In this document: positions 25,700 to 39,399 of the stretch, in pieces
Layout of the letters: each line of letters starts with the position of its first letter
Position numbering within the stretch: the stretch's first letter is position 1
Assembly (NCBI GenBank): GCA_030264375.1
Contig: JASCQW010000109.1
Location: forward strand, 69,119,362 to 69,183,361
Reading direction: 5' to 3'
DNA: 64,000 nucleotides
From: Carcharhinus longimanus
Lineage: Eukaryota
Translations under genes and position numbers: made by a program
Notes under the pieces: generated by a model
Databases searched by the model: none
The model's input: only the letters and a program-made list of their open reading frames with translations
What the model was told of the DNA's origin: nothing

Positions 25700-26820
25700 T
25701 GAGAGAGAAGTACAATATGAAGTAAAATCGTCAATGTGTTCTGGAGATTGGTTCACACAGCAAAACCAGGAACTAAAGTTTACATTAACTTGACAATGAT
25801 CCTTGAAGAACAGTACTCTGTAAAGCCGATGATCATCATGGAAGATTCCATCGAAGGAATTAATTGGAAGGCAAAAGCATTGCTCATGTTGTGGCATATT
25901 TAAAAGGGCAGGCACAACATTGTGAGTTTGGTGAGTCATTAGAAGATGCTGTTCGAGATCATCTACATTTTGGTCTCCAAAATTAGGCTATCCAAAGAAG
26001 ATTGTGATATTGCTAAATATGCTCTGACTTTAAAGACATCGATAAAAATTGCAGTGTCAATGGAACTCGTTGCCATTGAGGATTTACAATTTTGTGCAGA
26101 AATGAAGGTCCACAAGTTGCTAATTGCCCATAAGAACTCAAAACAGTAACAAGCACATCGCATATGTGCCAAAATCGACCTTTCAGTGAGTGAATGCTGG
26201 GGCAAGGATAGCAGATTTAAGAATTGAGGCAAAATGGGTAACATTGCCAAAGCTTGGTGGGATAGGTTGGCTTCCCCTGAGAAGAATATTCAGAAGAAGA
26301 ATCTCGGTATCTTCAAGAAGAACAAATTGCATTCTATAAATATAATCTGCAACATTGAACAAGGAATACTGTGAAGAAGAGAATGGCCAGAAATATGATG
26401 AAGAGCTCCAACTGAACGTCTTGTCCATTTTGGATACATCAGATAGATTCTGTGTGATTCTGAAGTGGACAATCTATTAGGACGGATGGTGATACTAGTG
26501 CTGCTGTACCTTTAATGACTGAGACTACATGCCAACAAAAGCTCGAACTTTTTCCTTTATAACGAGCTGATGGGATTTTAATGACATACAAGGAAGAGAT
26601 TATGACATTAAAAGATTACATCATGGTCGATGTAGCAAACAGTGGAGTTGTCCCTCCATGCGTTCCATAGTAATTTGCTAATTCTATTTCGGAGGTCAAG
26701 TTTGGAGGAGACAAAACTTAACTGAAGTGCTGTCAACAGACTGGTCGATGCCAAAGCGCCTTCTGGATAAACACAAGAGTGTATTCGAAGAAGCATTAGT
26801 GTCAGTGAAGGGGATTCAAG
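25700..26820 (+). mobile_element. Decayed Ty3/Gypsy-like LTR retrotransposon gag-protease fragment
   Basis: Contains 'CEFGESLEDAVRDHL', 'ALTLKTSIKIAVSME', a degenerate zinc knuckle (~26195-26250, '.GKMGNIAK'), protease-like 'DGDTSAAVPLM' (~26485) and 'LLDKHKSVFEEAL.SVKGI'. Confidence 0.7.
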
Positions 26821-27809
26821 TAGGTGTGCTTGGACGGCTTGGTGCAGATAGCTCTGATGGACAAACGTTCCGCATTGCAGCTGGGAATTGGGGGCAGGTC
26901 ATTCAGCCATTTCTTGACATCAGATGGAGTGAATTTGCTTGGTTAAAGTATGGCATCTTTCAATCTGGCAACCTCAGGGGGAGACTGGAATGGATCGCTG
27001 ATCTGCAATCCTGCATACATCTGGTTGCAAATGAATCAGCCTTATCTTGTACACTGACAAGTTGGGCCACTGCGTCATTGTCAATGGAAACGCTCGGAGT
27101 ATCTCCTATACCTTTAGCTGTGTAATTGCGCACCGGCATTCATGACTTGTTGGGGAAGTACAGCAGATATTTAATCTGAAATATTAGTTGTGGGAATGTC
27201 ATTGAGGATTGACATGTCATTCGGCATGTTTTTTGTTGCTCTGTTTAACATTCATGCAATCATATATTGTAACGTAAAAAGGTTTTCTTTTCATATTTAG
27301 CTATTATGATGCTGGCATGCACTTCTTCCGTCGTCTTCGAACTAAGGTTAGTGCGCTATTTTGATGTTATGGTTGAACAATGCAGGATAATGCGGCAGTA
27401 ATTGTGTCGTACAATTTTGTTGTTGATGGCCTGCCGCGGCGCGTGAAAGCGCAATTTTAATCAGATATATTGTTTCTGAATTTATCCCACTGACCACGGC
27501 TTTACATGGTTTTCGTGAGAGTCCTTAGTGTGATGACGATAGTTTATCCCCAATCCAGCGTGGGTGCTGGTTCCATATTGACAAAACTGAAACTCTAGCT
27601 AACTCACTGGCAGGATGTCGTAAATATAGCATGGATCAACTTGCGTTTTTTTTAAATATGCAAGTACAATTCAGAGCGTCCAAGGGAACAAAACGTTGTG
27701 ATAACAAATATGACAACCAGAATAAGATTGTTGCGCAGTTATTGCTATATTTCAATGTAGTTTGGATAGATTTGCTCAAAACAAACTAGTTAATATTTAG
27801 AAACATAAT

Positions 27810-28000
27810 TTACAAAGAACAAAGAAAATTACAGCACAGGAACAGGCCCTTCGGCTCTCCAAGCCTGAACCGACCATGCTGTCCGACTGAACTAAAAACC
27901 CCCTACCGTTCCGGGCGCCCTATTCCCACCCTATTCGTGTATTTGTCAAGACGCCCTCTAAGAGTCATTATCGTTTCTGCTTCCACGTCCTCCCCCTATC
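27810..28000 (-). mobile_element. Young CR1-like LINE 3' tail fragment
   Basis: acaaagaacaaagaaaattacagcacaggaacaggcccttcggc is the reverse complement of the tail at 20590-20650. Confidence 0.7.
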
Positions 28001-29673
28001 TTACCTCCTACGTGATCCTGTTCTGAAATGTTGTGCCAGGTTGATGAAACATAGCCCGATAATAGAGTCGAATTTTAAAATGTGTAAAATGTAGGATTGT
28101 CTGTGTTAACTCAGATTTAGTTCTGAACAGAATTAAAGAATTAAAGACTTTCTACACATATATTGCACGACCGTGATCATTCGAAATACTGCAAGTTGTA
28201 TTCTATCTAATTTTTTCAGTAATTTGGAGGGAAAATAAAACTCAGGCTTTCAGCACTCTTCTTCTGGTCTTGATGGATTTTTGAAAAAATCTTGTAATAA
28301 TTGTTTTCACTTGAAATGACTAGAAATGGCATGTACAGTCAAACAAAAACGTTGTTGTTTCTATCACTGACAGGTTTTTTATACTCAGTAACAAGCTACT
28401 TTGGAATATTTATGTGTTTTCGGCTTTTACAACAAGCTTGTCCTCGTGTAAAACTTGATGGCCGAAACTTTTCTGAATCTGCAACTTTGGTACGTGTCTA
28501 GCAAGTTTATTATAAATAACTTAATCTTTGCACGTGGGATTTAAGACCAAATGATTCTACCTTAAAATTGGAATATAGATTAGGGGATCATAAAATCAAG
28601 ATGTACAGATACAATTCACTGTCATTTAGAGTCATTAGAAGTACCCTTACTCTGGTACTATACTTTTTTTATTTCATTATTTGGAATGAAATATTAAAAT
28701 GGGGCATAAATAACAGATAGGCATTTTTGGAGTACAATGGTTTATCTACCATTCTGGACAGGAGCTGAGATTTGCTCAACTGAACCACTATGGCGCTACC
28801 TCAGGATGTCTAGTGTAATTACAACGTGGAAAGTTTACATTGGCAATTTGAACGTAGGAAATAGTAATTGAAAAGACTTGGCAATGAGGTGTATCGAACA
28901 TATCAAAACAAGAAATACGTGAAATACAAATGTTTTAAGATTAATTAATATACTAAAGTTGTCATCATACTTCACCATATACTGTGAACCATTTAGTTGT
29001 AATGATTTAATGCTTCCTGTTTTCAAATGTAACGTTTTACACTTGAACTTGTCTGTAATTCTGTGAAGTTTGATTAGGATACATTAATTCCACGAGACAG
29101 ATATTATATAATTGGTATAGCACAGATATAACTGACATATCACAGACATATCTCAACTGTATTTGAAACCCTTTGACATAGTACAGGTTCCATGTTCTAA
29201 TGAGTCTTCTCACCCTCAGGTAGACACGAATATATATATATATCTAATTACAGATGAAAATGCATTTTTAAATATTAACAACATAACTGTTTGAAACAAA
29301 CACGAAAATAATTACAGTTTTAATCTGTCTTTCAAATAAAAGTGAAGAAAATGTTGAACTTGACATTGACTTTTATTTTCTAGTGTTGAAATATACTAGT
29401 CATTTGAATAGATAGTGCTTTAAATGAAGGACATGCTATTAAATTGTCTGGATTTTTTACGAGGTAAGTTTTAAGATATGCTATGTAAGCCGCATAAATA
29501 ATTTGAATTATTCCTGTCATTTAACTATTTCCTGTCGCTAAGATGAATAGAACTTCGTAGGAATAGCTGTGCAATAACTCCGTTGCAAAATACATTCATG
29601 ATCTGTGAGAAAAATAACCAAAAAGTCACAATTTTGTTATTTTCAATGTTGTTCAGCTTTAGTATTTTCTCAG

Positions 29674-29752
29674 TGCAGTTATAGGCCCAGACTCTTTGTG
29701 TCGCTGTGTACCAATAAGGAGATGAAATACGGCTGGTGATCCACCACCCATC
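29674..29752 (+). promoter_or_regulatory. Pcdh promoter module (CSE, CCAAT, CACCC box)
   Basis: TGCAGTTATAGG...TGTGTCGCTGTGTACCAATAAG (core 29697-29715), about 250 bp upstream of ATG 29956. Confidence 0.9.
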
Positions 29753-29955
29753 TATGGCCCATCCCCCAATATCCGTTGAAGGAAGCAGAAGGAATGATGA
29801 TGTTTGTACGAACAAGGCGAGTCACCTCTTCACAAGGCCTCTCCGTGTTTCATNNNNNNNNNNNNNNNNNNTGAACGATTTACTTGGCGTAAGATGCAGA
29901 ATTCTATCAGCCAGAAGAATTTGTAAGGTTTGGAACAATCATACCTGAAAAAGAA

Positions 29956-32397
29956 ATGACAAAACCGGGCAGTCGCTCGGTGCTTATATCATCCACCTTC
30001 CTGCTTTGTGCCTGGAATCTGGTTTCCGGGCAGATTCGTTACTCCATTCCCGAAGAACTGGAACACGGTGTCTTCGTGGGAGATATCGGCAAAGATTTGG
30101 GTTTGCCCGTGGAGGAACTATTACGCCGTAGATTCCGAATGGTGTCTGCTTCGTCTTTGCAATATTTGGATGTAAATCGCATGAATGGAATTTTATTTGT
30201 GAATAAAAGAATAGACAGGGAACAACTCTGTGGACAAAGTGTTACCTGTTTACTGTCTTTGGAAGCTGTAATTGAAAATCCTGTGGAGCAATACCGCGTG
30301 GAAATTGAGATTCTGGATATCAATGATAATTCTCCGAGTTTTCCGAACAGTGAAATTCATTTGGAAATTGCGGAATCAGCGATGCCTGGAGCGCGCTTCC
30401 GCTTAGAACACGCTCATGATCTTGACGGAGGAAACAATTCTATCCGCACATACCAGCTCTCTCCAAATGACCATTTTATTTTAGACGTGCAGAGTCGCCG
30501 AAAATGGAAAGTGCCCGAATTAGTCTTGGAGAGCACTCTCGACCGAGAAAAACAAACAAAACATCATTTATTGCTGACGGCGTTTGACGGTGGATTCCCA
30601 GAAAGGACAGGTACCGCGCATATAACCATTACTATCTTGGACATTAATGATAATGCACCGGTTTTTCTGCAGTCGTTGTACACTGTCAGTCTAATGGAAA
30701 ACGTACCACCGGGCACTTTGGTGATTAACCTTAATGCTACTGATATGGACGAGGGTCCTAATGGTGAGGTGCTCTACTCGTTTGGTAGTTACAATGAAGA
30801 AGACATACCTAAAATAGTGCGGATTAATTCAACATCCGGGGAGATCCAGGTAAAGGGTATATTGGATTTTGAGGAAGCCAGTATTTATGAGATTGATGTA
30901 GAAGCTAAGGATCGTAGTTCGTCACCATTATCTGCGCACTGCAATGTGCGAGTGGAGATCAAAGATGTCAATGACAATCCTCCAGATTTGATATTGAATT
31001 CAATTTCGCGTGCAATTAGTGAAGATGCTCCTATTGGTACGCTAATAGCATTGATTAGCGTTACAGACCAAGATTTCAAGAACAACGCCTATACCGATTG
31101 TTCAATCTCTCCAAACGTCCCCTTTGACCTGAAATCTTCTTTTAAAAATTCATATAGACTCATCACAAATAATGTCCTTGACCGGGAAAGCACTCCTCAA
31201 TATAAAATCACGGTCACCTGTAAGGACCGTGGATTCCCTCCCTTAGCCACCAACAAAACAATCGTTGTGCAAATTTCAGATATAAATGACAATGCGCCGC
31301 GGTTTACGCAAAATTCATATACATTTTACGTGACAGAAAACAACGTCCCTGGTAGATCCATTGGATCAGTGACAGCTTTCGATCCTGACATAGGCCAAAA
31401 TTCACAAGTGTCTTACACAATGGTGCAGAACCAGATTCAGGCTTTGCCGGTGTCTTCGTATGTTTATATTAACCCGGAAAATTGCACCATCTATTCAAAG
31501 CGTCAATTTGACTACGAACAGCTTAAAAGTTTTCAGCTCCATGTTCAAGCTCAAGATGCGGGATTGCCAATGCTTTCAAGCAATGCTGTTGTGAATGTGA
31601 TTATCCTTGATCAAAACGATAATCCTCCAGTTATAATATCGTCTGGATCAAGAAAGCATGCCAATACAAGTGTGCCTCGCTCTGCAAACCCAGGGTATTT
31701 GGCAACAAAAATCATTGCTTCGGATGCTGATTCAGGTCAGAATAGTCGATTATTATATCAAGTTTTGCAAGCCAGTGATCCAGGTCTCTTTTCCGTTTCA
31801 CCCAATTCGGGGGAAGTGAGAAGTGTTCGACGATTTAAAGATACCGACGCCAGCATGCAAACGCTACTTATCCAAGTGAAAGACAATGGATATCCAGCTC
31901 TCTCCGCCACGGCCGCTATTACTTTGACAATAGTCGAAGAAAATATCAACATTCAAGCGGATTTTACTGAACCCCACAAGAGTTCCCAAAATTCACAGAG
32001 ATTAACCTTTTATATAATAATTTCTTTGGGAGCAACTTCGCTTTTTTTGCTGGTCGTTATAATTGTGCTTGCTGTGGCTATATGCCCAACGGGCAGAGGT
32101 CCCTCTTATGGTCGGATTTGTTCTCTTACTAGTTGTTGCTGCAGCAGGGAATTAGAATATCAGAATTCAAATGTCAATGTTCAAATTGTTCGGGATTCCA
32201 ATTTAATTCCAAATATCCTCGAGGTTCGTGGAAATGGCTCACCTTCAGGTACCTACCGTTATAAAATTCGCTCAGCGCCGGAACCAGCTGAAATGTTTCT
32301 CAGTCCGCAAATGGCTGGAACTCCTGGGAGGAACGCATTGTCTGTTTCATCGCAGAGCGCAAAGCTGAATAACAACTGGTCCGATGCATTACGCGAG
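29956..32397 (+). CDS. Clustered protocadherin variable exon; 814 codons to the splice donor
   Basis: 821-aa ORF with signal peptide, QIRYSIPEE, CGQSVTC, six cadherin repeats, TM 'FYIIISLGATSLFLLVVIIVLAVAIC' and a Cys-rich juxtamembrane region. Phase-0 donor GAG|GTGAGC at 32398. Confidence 0.95.
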
Positions 32398-32869
32398 GTG
32401 AGCAGATCACACAAAAATTAACGTCTTCATGGTGAAACATAAATGCAAGAAAAGAAAGGTACTCCTGTCAGATTGATAGGCACACTGATATACTTCTACA
32501 GGTGCATTTCATCTGCTTACAACTTTCTCTGCATGTATTTCATGTGTCCAGAATTTTAGGCTTTTTTTGTTAAACAATTCCCAAGAAAAAATTATAATCG
32601 TTCTTGACAATTATGCGATTTATTAGTTTGCTAAATGCAAACAATACGTTTGATAAAAACTGCAGAAATGTATGTTAACCTTGCTGCTGCCTTAAAAAAT
32701 GGAAGCAGTCATAATCATGTGAAATTTTTCAACTTGATGTTCAGTCCTGAAGGCCGGAAAAAGTCAAACAAATAGATGAGTTGCTGCTCCTCTAGGTTCA
32801 GTTGAACTTATTCGAAAAATGGAGGAGGAGAGAATGATGTGGAGATGCTGGCGTTGGACTGGTGTGGAT

Positions 32870-33095
32870 ACAATAAGGAATCTCACAACACCAGGTTAAT
32901 TTCCAACAGGTATATTTGGTAGCACAAGCTTTCGGAGCTCTGCTTATTCATCTGGTGAATGGGGCCACCCTTCACCACCCTTCAAGCTGCTCCTTCATCA
33001 GATGAGCGGTGAAGGATGAAAGAGCAGCGCTCTGAAAGCTCATGCTACCAAATAAACCTGTTGGACTTCAACGTGTTGTTGTGAGACTTCTTACT
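32870..33095. repeat. Inverted pair of Penelope-like terminal-repeat fragments
   Basis: tctcacaacaccaggttaatttccaacagg...gctttcggagc is the reverse complement of gctctgaaagc...cctgttggacttcaacgtgttgttgtgaga. Confidence 0.75.
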
Positions 33096-33859
33096 GAAGT
33101 TCAGAGAATTCAGAATGATACCAAGCATCAAATGGCAAGTGATCAAAGCTCAGGGTCACATTTGTAGACAGAATGGAAATATTTCAAGTACAGCCGTGGG
33201 AAACATTTTATCAAATAGTCAGTAGAGTTAAAGAACTATGTATCTAACTAAGGGCTTGCGAAAAACAATAGGATTGAAACAAAAGGGATGAAAAACATAG
33301 GGGAAAATTGAAACTATAGAGAGAGGTGAATACTAAGTGCACCGAAAACAATTGGGATTATGATAAAAGGGAATATGGAACGATTTTGAAATAAGTCAGA
33401 GAACTAAGAGAACAAAGAGAAACTGTAAAGTTATATGATTAAGAAATATGAAGAGATTATTGCTGAAAAAAAGACATGCAGCCTTTCATCTTGAGCTCAT
33501 CAAGGTAACTCACAAGGTAGTGTCAGAGCAAGAGCATATTGGTTGTAGTGACAATAAATTGGTAAGATTTAATGTCCTTATGGAAAGGGATAAAGATGGA
33601 CTGAAAATAAGGTTCTTGAGTTGAGAGAATGCTGATTTTATTAGGAGACAGAATCTGGCCAAAGTTGAGTTGGAGCAGCTACTTATAGGAAGATCCACAT
33701 CAGAGCAGTCAGAATCATTCAGAAAATAAATAGAATGAGTCGAATGCCAACACGTTATTGTAAAAGTAAAGGTTGGAATCAACAAGTTCAGAGAACCCTG
33801 GATGTCAAGGGATATATAGCATTCGGTAAGGAAAAGAAGGAAAACTTAAGAAAGAAGGA

Positions 33860-35900
33860 ATTCAACACTGTATTGCAAGTGCGGCCTAACTAAGGTTCTA
33901 TAAAGCTACAACATGGCTTGCCAATCTTTAAACTCAATGCCCCAGCCAACGAGCGGAAGCATGCCAAATGCCTTCTTGTCACAGTCCTCCATTCAGAAAT
34001 GCACCCTTCCATTGTTACCCTCTGTCTTCTATGACCGAGCCAGTTCTGATTCCATCTTGCCAGCTCACCTCTGATCCTGTGAGACTTCACCTTCTGTACC
34101 AATCTCCCATGAGGGGCCTTGTCAAAGGCCTTACTGAAGTCCGTGTAGACAATATCTTACCCTCATCAATCGTCTTTGTCACTTCCTCAAAACACTAGCT
34201 CAAGTTAGTGAGACACAATCTCCTCTTCATAAAATCATGTTGCCTCTCGTCAATATGTCCACCTATTTCCAAGTGGAGTAAATCCTGTCACGAAAACTCT
34301 TCTCCAATAATTTCCCTTCCACTGATGTAAGTAAGGCTCACCAGCCTGTAATTACTTGGATTATTCTTGCTACCCTTCTGAAACAAAGGAACAACATTGG
34401 ATATTCCCCAATCCTCTGGAACCTCCCTGCAGCCAATGAGGATACAAAGATTTCTCTCAAGGCCCCAGCAAATTCCTCTCTTGGCTCCCTCTGGTGCATA
34501 TCCCATCAGGCCCTGGGGACTTGTCCACCTTAATGTTTCTCAAGAACCCCAAGAACTCCTCCTTTTTAATGTTAACGTGACACAAACAATGTACACACCC
34601 TTCCTCAGACTCATCGTCCACCAAGTCCTTCCCTTTAGTGAATACTGAGGCAAAATACTCATTTAATATCTCACCCATTTCCCCTGGCTCCATGCTTAGA
34701 TTCTCTGCCCTGTTTTTGAGTGGGGAATTCCTCTCCCTGGCTCTCCTCTTGCTCTTTATATATGTATACAATGCTTTGGGATCTTCCTTAATCCAGCTGG
34801 CCAATTACTTTTTGTAATCCCTTTAGCCCTCCTTACTCCTTGGTTAAGTTTCTTTCCACTTTCCTTGTATTCCACATTTGCTTCATGTGTTCCCAGCCTC
34901 CTAGACTCCATTGACAAATGCTTCATTTTTCTTTTTGACTAGGCTCACAATATCTCTCATCATCCAAGGTTCTCGAAACTTGCCAGACTTATCCTTCAGC
35001 CTCACAGGAATGTGCTGGTCCTGAATTCCTATTAGCTTACACTTGAAATCACCCCACATGCCTGACATTGATTTGCCCTCAAACATCTGTCCCCAAACTA
35101 CATTCTTCGGCTCCTGCTTAATAGTGTTGCAATTAGCCTTCCACAATTTAGCACCTTCCCTTGCGGACTACACTTATTTTTATCCATCATTACCTTAAAG
35201 CTTACTGATTTGTAGTCATTGATCCTAAGCTGCTTCCCTACTGATACATCGACCACCTGGCTGGACTCAATCCCCAACACCAGGTCCAGGACTATCCGTA
35301 TATTTTTTCAAGAAGCCCTCCTGGATGCTCCTTACAAACTCTGCCCCATTACAAACTCTGCCCCATTAACACATCTAGCACTAAGTGAGTCCCAGTGTTA
35401 ATGTAGGGGAAGTTAAAAGTACCCACCTCAACAACCCTTTTACACCTTGCCAAAATTTGCCTACTCTATCTTCCACTAGTTGTTTTGGAGGCCTATGCTA
35501 AACCCCCAACGTTGTGATTACATCCTTCGTATTCCTGCGCTCTACCCATGTTGCCATAATGCCTCAGTGTATGAGTCCTCCCGCAGTACAGCTGTCATGA
35601 TCTCCTTAGCCAATAATGCAACTCCCCCCACCTTTTACATCCCTTCGTTATCCCGCCTGAAACATCTATATCCTGGAATGGTAAGCTGCCAATCCTGTCC
35701 TTCCCTTACACAAATCTCTGTAATGGCAACCACATCATAATTCCAAGAATTAATCCAAGCTCTAAGTTCACCTGCCTTACCTGTTACACTTCTCGCATTG
35801 AACCAAATACACTTCAGTTCACAAGCTCTTTGATTATAAACCACACCTTGCCTCCTCTTCCTCTGAGTCTTACTGGCCCCACTTTTTAGTTCCTCTTCAG
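33860..35900 (-). mobile_element. CR1-like LINE ORF2 remnant (endonuclease to RT, internally deleted)
   Basis: Minus-strand translations: 'LKCIWFNARSVTGKAGELRAWINSWNYDVVAITE', 'KVDKSPGPDGI', 'PEDWGISNVVPLFQKGSKNNPSNYRLVSLT' and 'WLGHRRQRV'. Confidence 0.9.
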
Positions 35901-36029
35901 TTGATTCACCTTTGTTTTTGTTCCCACGCACTCCCCCACCCCCCTCCCGCCGCCACCACCACCACCACCCTTCACCCACCAAACTACCGGAAGAAAGTGA
36001 AAACTTTGGAGTGGGTATAGAAAATATTT

Positions 36030-36870
36030 CTAACAATGTTGCCTGGTGTGGAGGACCTTAGCTATGAGGAGAGGTTAGAGGAACTTGGTTTGTTCACTGG
36101 AACGTCGGTGGTTGAAGGGTGACCTGATAAAAGTCCACAAGATTATGAGGGGGCTGGACAGATTGGATAGTCAGAAGCATTTTCCCATTGATGGAAGATT
36201 CAATTACTAGGGAACATAGGTTTAAGATGCGAGGAGCAATGTTTAAAAGAGATGATCGAGGCAAGTTTTTTTTCACACAGATTTGTAGATGCTTGGAACT
36301 CTCTGCTGGAGTAGGTATTGGAAGCAGATACGAATAGTGACTTTGTAGGGCGGCGCCAGGATGTTGCCTGGACTGGAGCACTTCAGCAATGAACAAAAGT
36401 TGAATGGTCTGGCGTTGTTTTCCTTAGAGCCCAGAAGGCTGAGAGGGATGACAGAACTCAAATGATGAGGGGCATCAATATGGTATAGAAGAAGACACTT
36501 TTCCCCTTAGCAGAGCGACCAACAATCATGGGCATATATTTAAGGTATGCAGCAGGTCATGTTTTTTTTTTCACCCAGAGGCTGTCGGGAATCCAGCACT
36601 CACTGCATAAGAGTGTAGCTGAATCATAAAATCTGCAGTGCAGAAGGCAGTCATTCAGTCCATTGAGTCGGCCCATCTGAGAAGAGTTGGGAACTTTCAC
36701 AACATTTAAGAAGCATGTTGATGAGCACTTGAAATGCCATACCATAAAAGGCTATGGGCCAAATGCTGGAAATTGGATTAGGATAGATCAGTGTTTTATG
36801 GCTGGCACATATGTGAGGAGCCAAATCGCCTCTTCCTGCAGTGGAAGGTTTTATGACGCAATGATTCTAT
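36030..36870 (+). mobile_element. Two tandem CR1-like 3' end fragments
   Basis: The block 'atgttgcctgg..tggag..ctt.agc.atga' occurs at ~36037 and ~36361, each followed by typical CR1 3' sequence. Confidence 0.65.
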
Positions 36871-36899
36871 AAACCAAAATAAATGGAACAATAATCATA

Positions 36900-37740
36900 T
36901 TGCACGCAAAGAGAGTGTTGATTGGTTGGCAACTGTGCAATCCATGGGCATGCTCATCCGTCTGCAAAGGATCAGGCCTGTGTTTGACTATATGTGCCTG
37001 CTAATAAACATTGGTAGGGCAGACTGCGAGTCTAACTGATTATCTTAGCTTGGCTTTTCATGCAATTTTTAGCACAACCAAGACTGTTCAACAAGAAGTA
37101 TCCAATCGCCTAATAACATCTAATTTTTGACACCATGTTTTGAGTTTTTCAAGCTCCGGTTGGTTCAATACCGTCAGTATTTTTCACATTGTGAACAAGT
37201 AAAAGGACGTGCCGTTTGATCTGACCCCGCCAATCATTGTGTTTTACAGCATCATAACTGGTTTAATACCAGTCTTGGAATTCATATATACCACATTACT
37301 CATCTGTGTGATAGGCAGAATATCTTTCTGGCTTAACCCCAACATCCTGTTAATGAAGAATATCACTGATGTTGTTACTCTATAGTAAAAACATACAACC
37401 ACTAGCTTTACATCTTGCTCACACTGTTCAAACTCCTTACGCTCCGTACTCTGAAAAAGAGTGGACACTTTTTGTGGTGGTCTCAGTCTCATTCACGTGT
37501 TTGTACAATGTACAGTGAGCAATGATGTCATCATGCTTGCCATTATCCCACAAGATGGATTTGATGTGCATGTTTTTAATTCTAGTTTTGATGGTGGGCA
37601 AATAGTTTGGGTCTGCACCTGCGATTGCCAAACTCAAAAAAAAAGTCCAACATTAGTTGTGATGGTGTTATTAGGCAATGCTTGCTAAACAACCCTGATT
37701 GTGCTATGAACAATTGAAAATCAGTATTACCAGTTGCTTT
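36900..37740 (-). mobile_element. Decayed Penelope-like element (RT C-terminus and GIY-YIG region)
   Basis: Minus-strand 'SQKDILPITQMSNVVY' and 'AIGYFLLNSLGCAKN' resemble the PLE GIY-YIG endonuclease domain. Confidence 0.55.
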
Positions 37741-38511
37741 ATCGATAAAGGGAATCAGTGTGTAAATTGTTTTGGATCTTCAAATAACATTGAAGAATGT
37801 TTCAACTCAAGAGATTATTGCACAAGATTAGGGGATAATATGCATGCAAATACAGAAGTGATAAGCGATTTGACATGAAACTGTGGAAAATAGCGTGTAA
37901 AACGTGAAAACTAGAAAACAATAGAAAAGCAGAATACTGTTAACTGTTAAGAAACAGTTAACCGTTGGTATTCAGAGTGACTTGGGTTCCACTTTGCACT
38001 CAACATTCTGTAACTTTTTGTTAATGTGCTACATATTGCAAACGATGCATTAGTCTGTATTACAAGTAATTAGAGAATGAGATGCTTGAGATTATCTAGC
38101 AATCATATAGGACCGTGGTAAGACTATACTTGGGGATTCGTGAATTACTGTATACCTTTCCGTTATAAGTGACATCTTGATTTTAATTCAGAGGATTTTC
38201 TGTGGGACACTTTGACAAGACCAGACATCCATTCCCTAACGTTTAGAAGAATGAAGGATGATGTCATTAAATTCCGAATATTGTTGAAGGCTCCAAAGTG
38301 CATTGTACATGCTCGCACTGCTTTAATGTATTCAACAGAAATATTGATGTAGTTTGGATACCTGAGGATGCAATATGTTTGATGACAATGTGGAATGTGT
38401 AGTGGCGGTAGAAGATCAACCATTTTCTTATTGAATGACTGAGGAAGCTTAATGGACAAATGGTTCACTCCTGATCATATTCCTTTTTATTATTGGCTCT
38501 CCCTCACACAC

Positions 38512-39162
38512 GAATCCCCAATTATAGGCCGGTGAGTTTGACGTCAGTGGTAGGGAAGTTGTTGGAGAGGACTCTTAGAGATAGAACGTATACACAATTA
38601 GAGCATTGCGATCTGATTAGGGATACGCTGCGTCGCTTTGTTAAGGGGAGGTCGTGCCTTACGAATCTGGTAGAATTTTTTAAGGAGGTGACAAAAACGG
38701 TCGACGAAGGACGAGCCGTAGATGTCGTCTCTGGATTTCAGTAAGGCGTTTGACAAAGTCTCTCATGGTAGGTTGGTTGAAAAGGTTAAGGCTCATGGAA
38801 TACAAGAACAGGTGTCTGGATGGGTTGATAACTGGCTTGGTAATAGGAGACAGAGAGTAGTAGAGGAAGGGTATTTTTCGAGCTGGAGGTCTGTCACTAG
38901 TGGTGTGCCGCAGGGCTCAGTACTGGGACCTCTTCTATTTGTAATATACATAAATGACTTGGAAGAGGGAGTAAGTGGTGTGATCANNNNNNNNNNNNNN
39001 NNNNNNNNNNNNNNNNNNNNNNNNNNNNNNNNNNNNNNNNNNNNNNNNNNNNNNNNNNNNNNNNNNNNNNNNNNNNNNNNNNNNNNACAATGTTAAAATG
39101 GCGGCGCGGGCTCGTTGGGCCGAAGGGCCTGTTTCCCGTGCTGTGTTGTTCTTTGTTCTTTG
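38512..39162 (+). mobile_element. Young CR1-like LINE RT with 3' tail (middle lies in a gap)
   Basis: Contains 'NYRPVSLTSVVGKLLE', 'GRSCLTNLVEFF', '[14 protein letters not shown]' and '[23 protein letters not shown]'. CpG-rich and little decayed. Confidence 0.92.
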
Positions 39163-39399
39163 TGGTTGGTTGTCTTCCAGGAGTCCAAAGATGGCTTAAT
39201 ATTAAAGGGAATCAGTGGGTGAAGTGTTTTGGATCTTCAAATAACATGATGCCGTTTCTGAATATGAAGAATATTTGGCACGTAGAACACCTGTTGTCAT
39301 GTGGGCTGTCATGTTGAGTGCTTGGGTTAAAGCACTTTCCTTTGCTGTTTTTGTGTATTTTCTTAATTTTGCAATTTTTGGTGTCAAAGTGCTGGGATC

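Noticed and set aside
28780-28802. gaaccactatggcgctacc as an extra CTCF or CSE site
   Set aside because: Only the GGCGCT end matches. It has no upstream motif, CCAAT or downstream exon.
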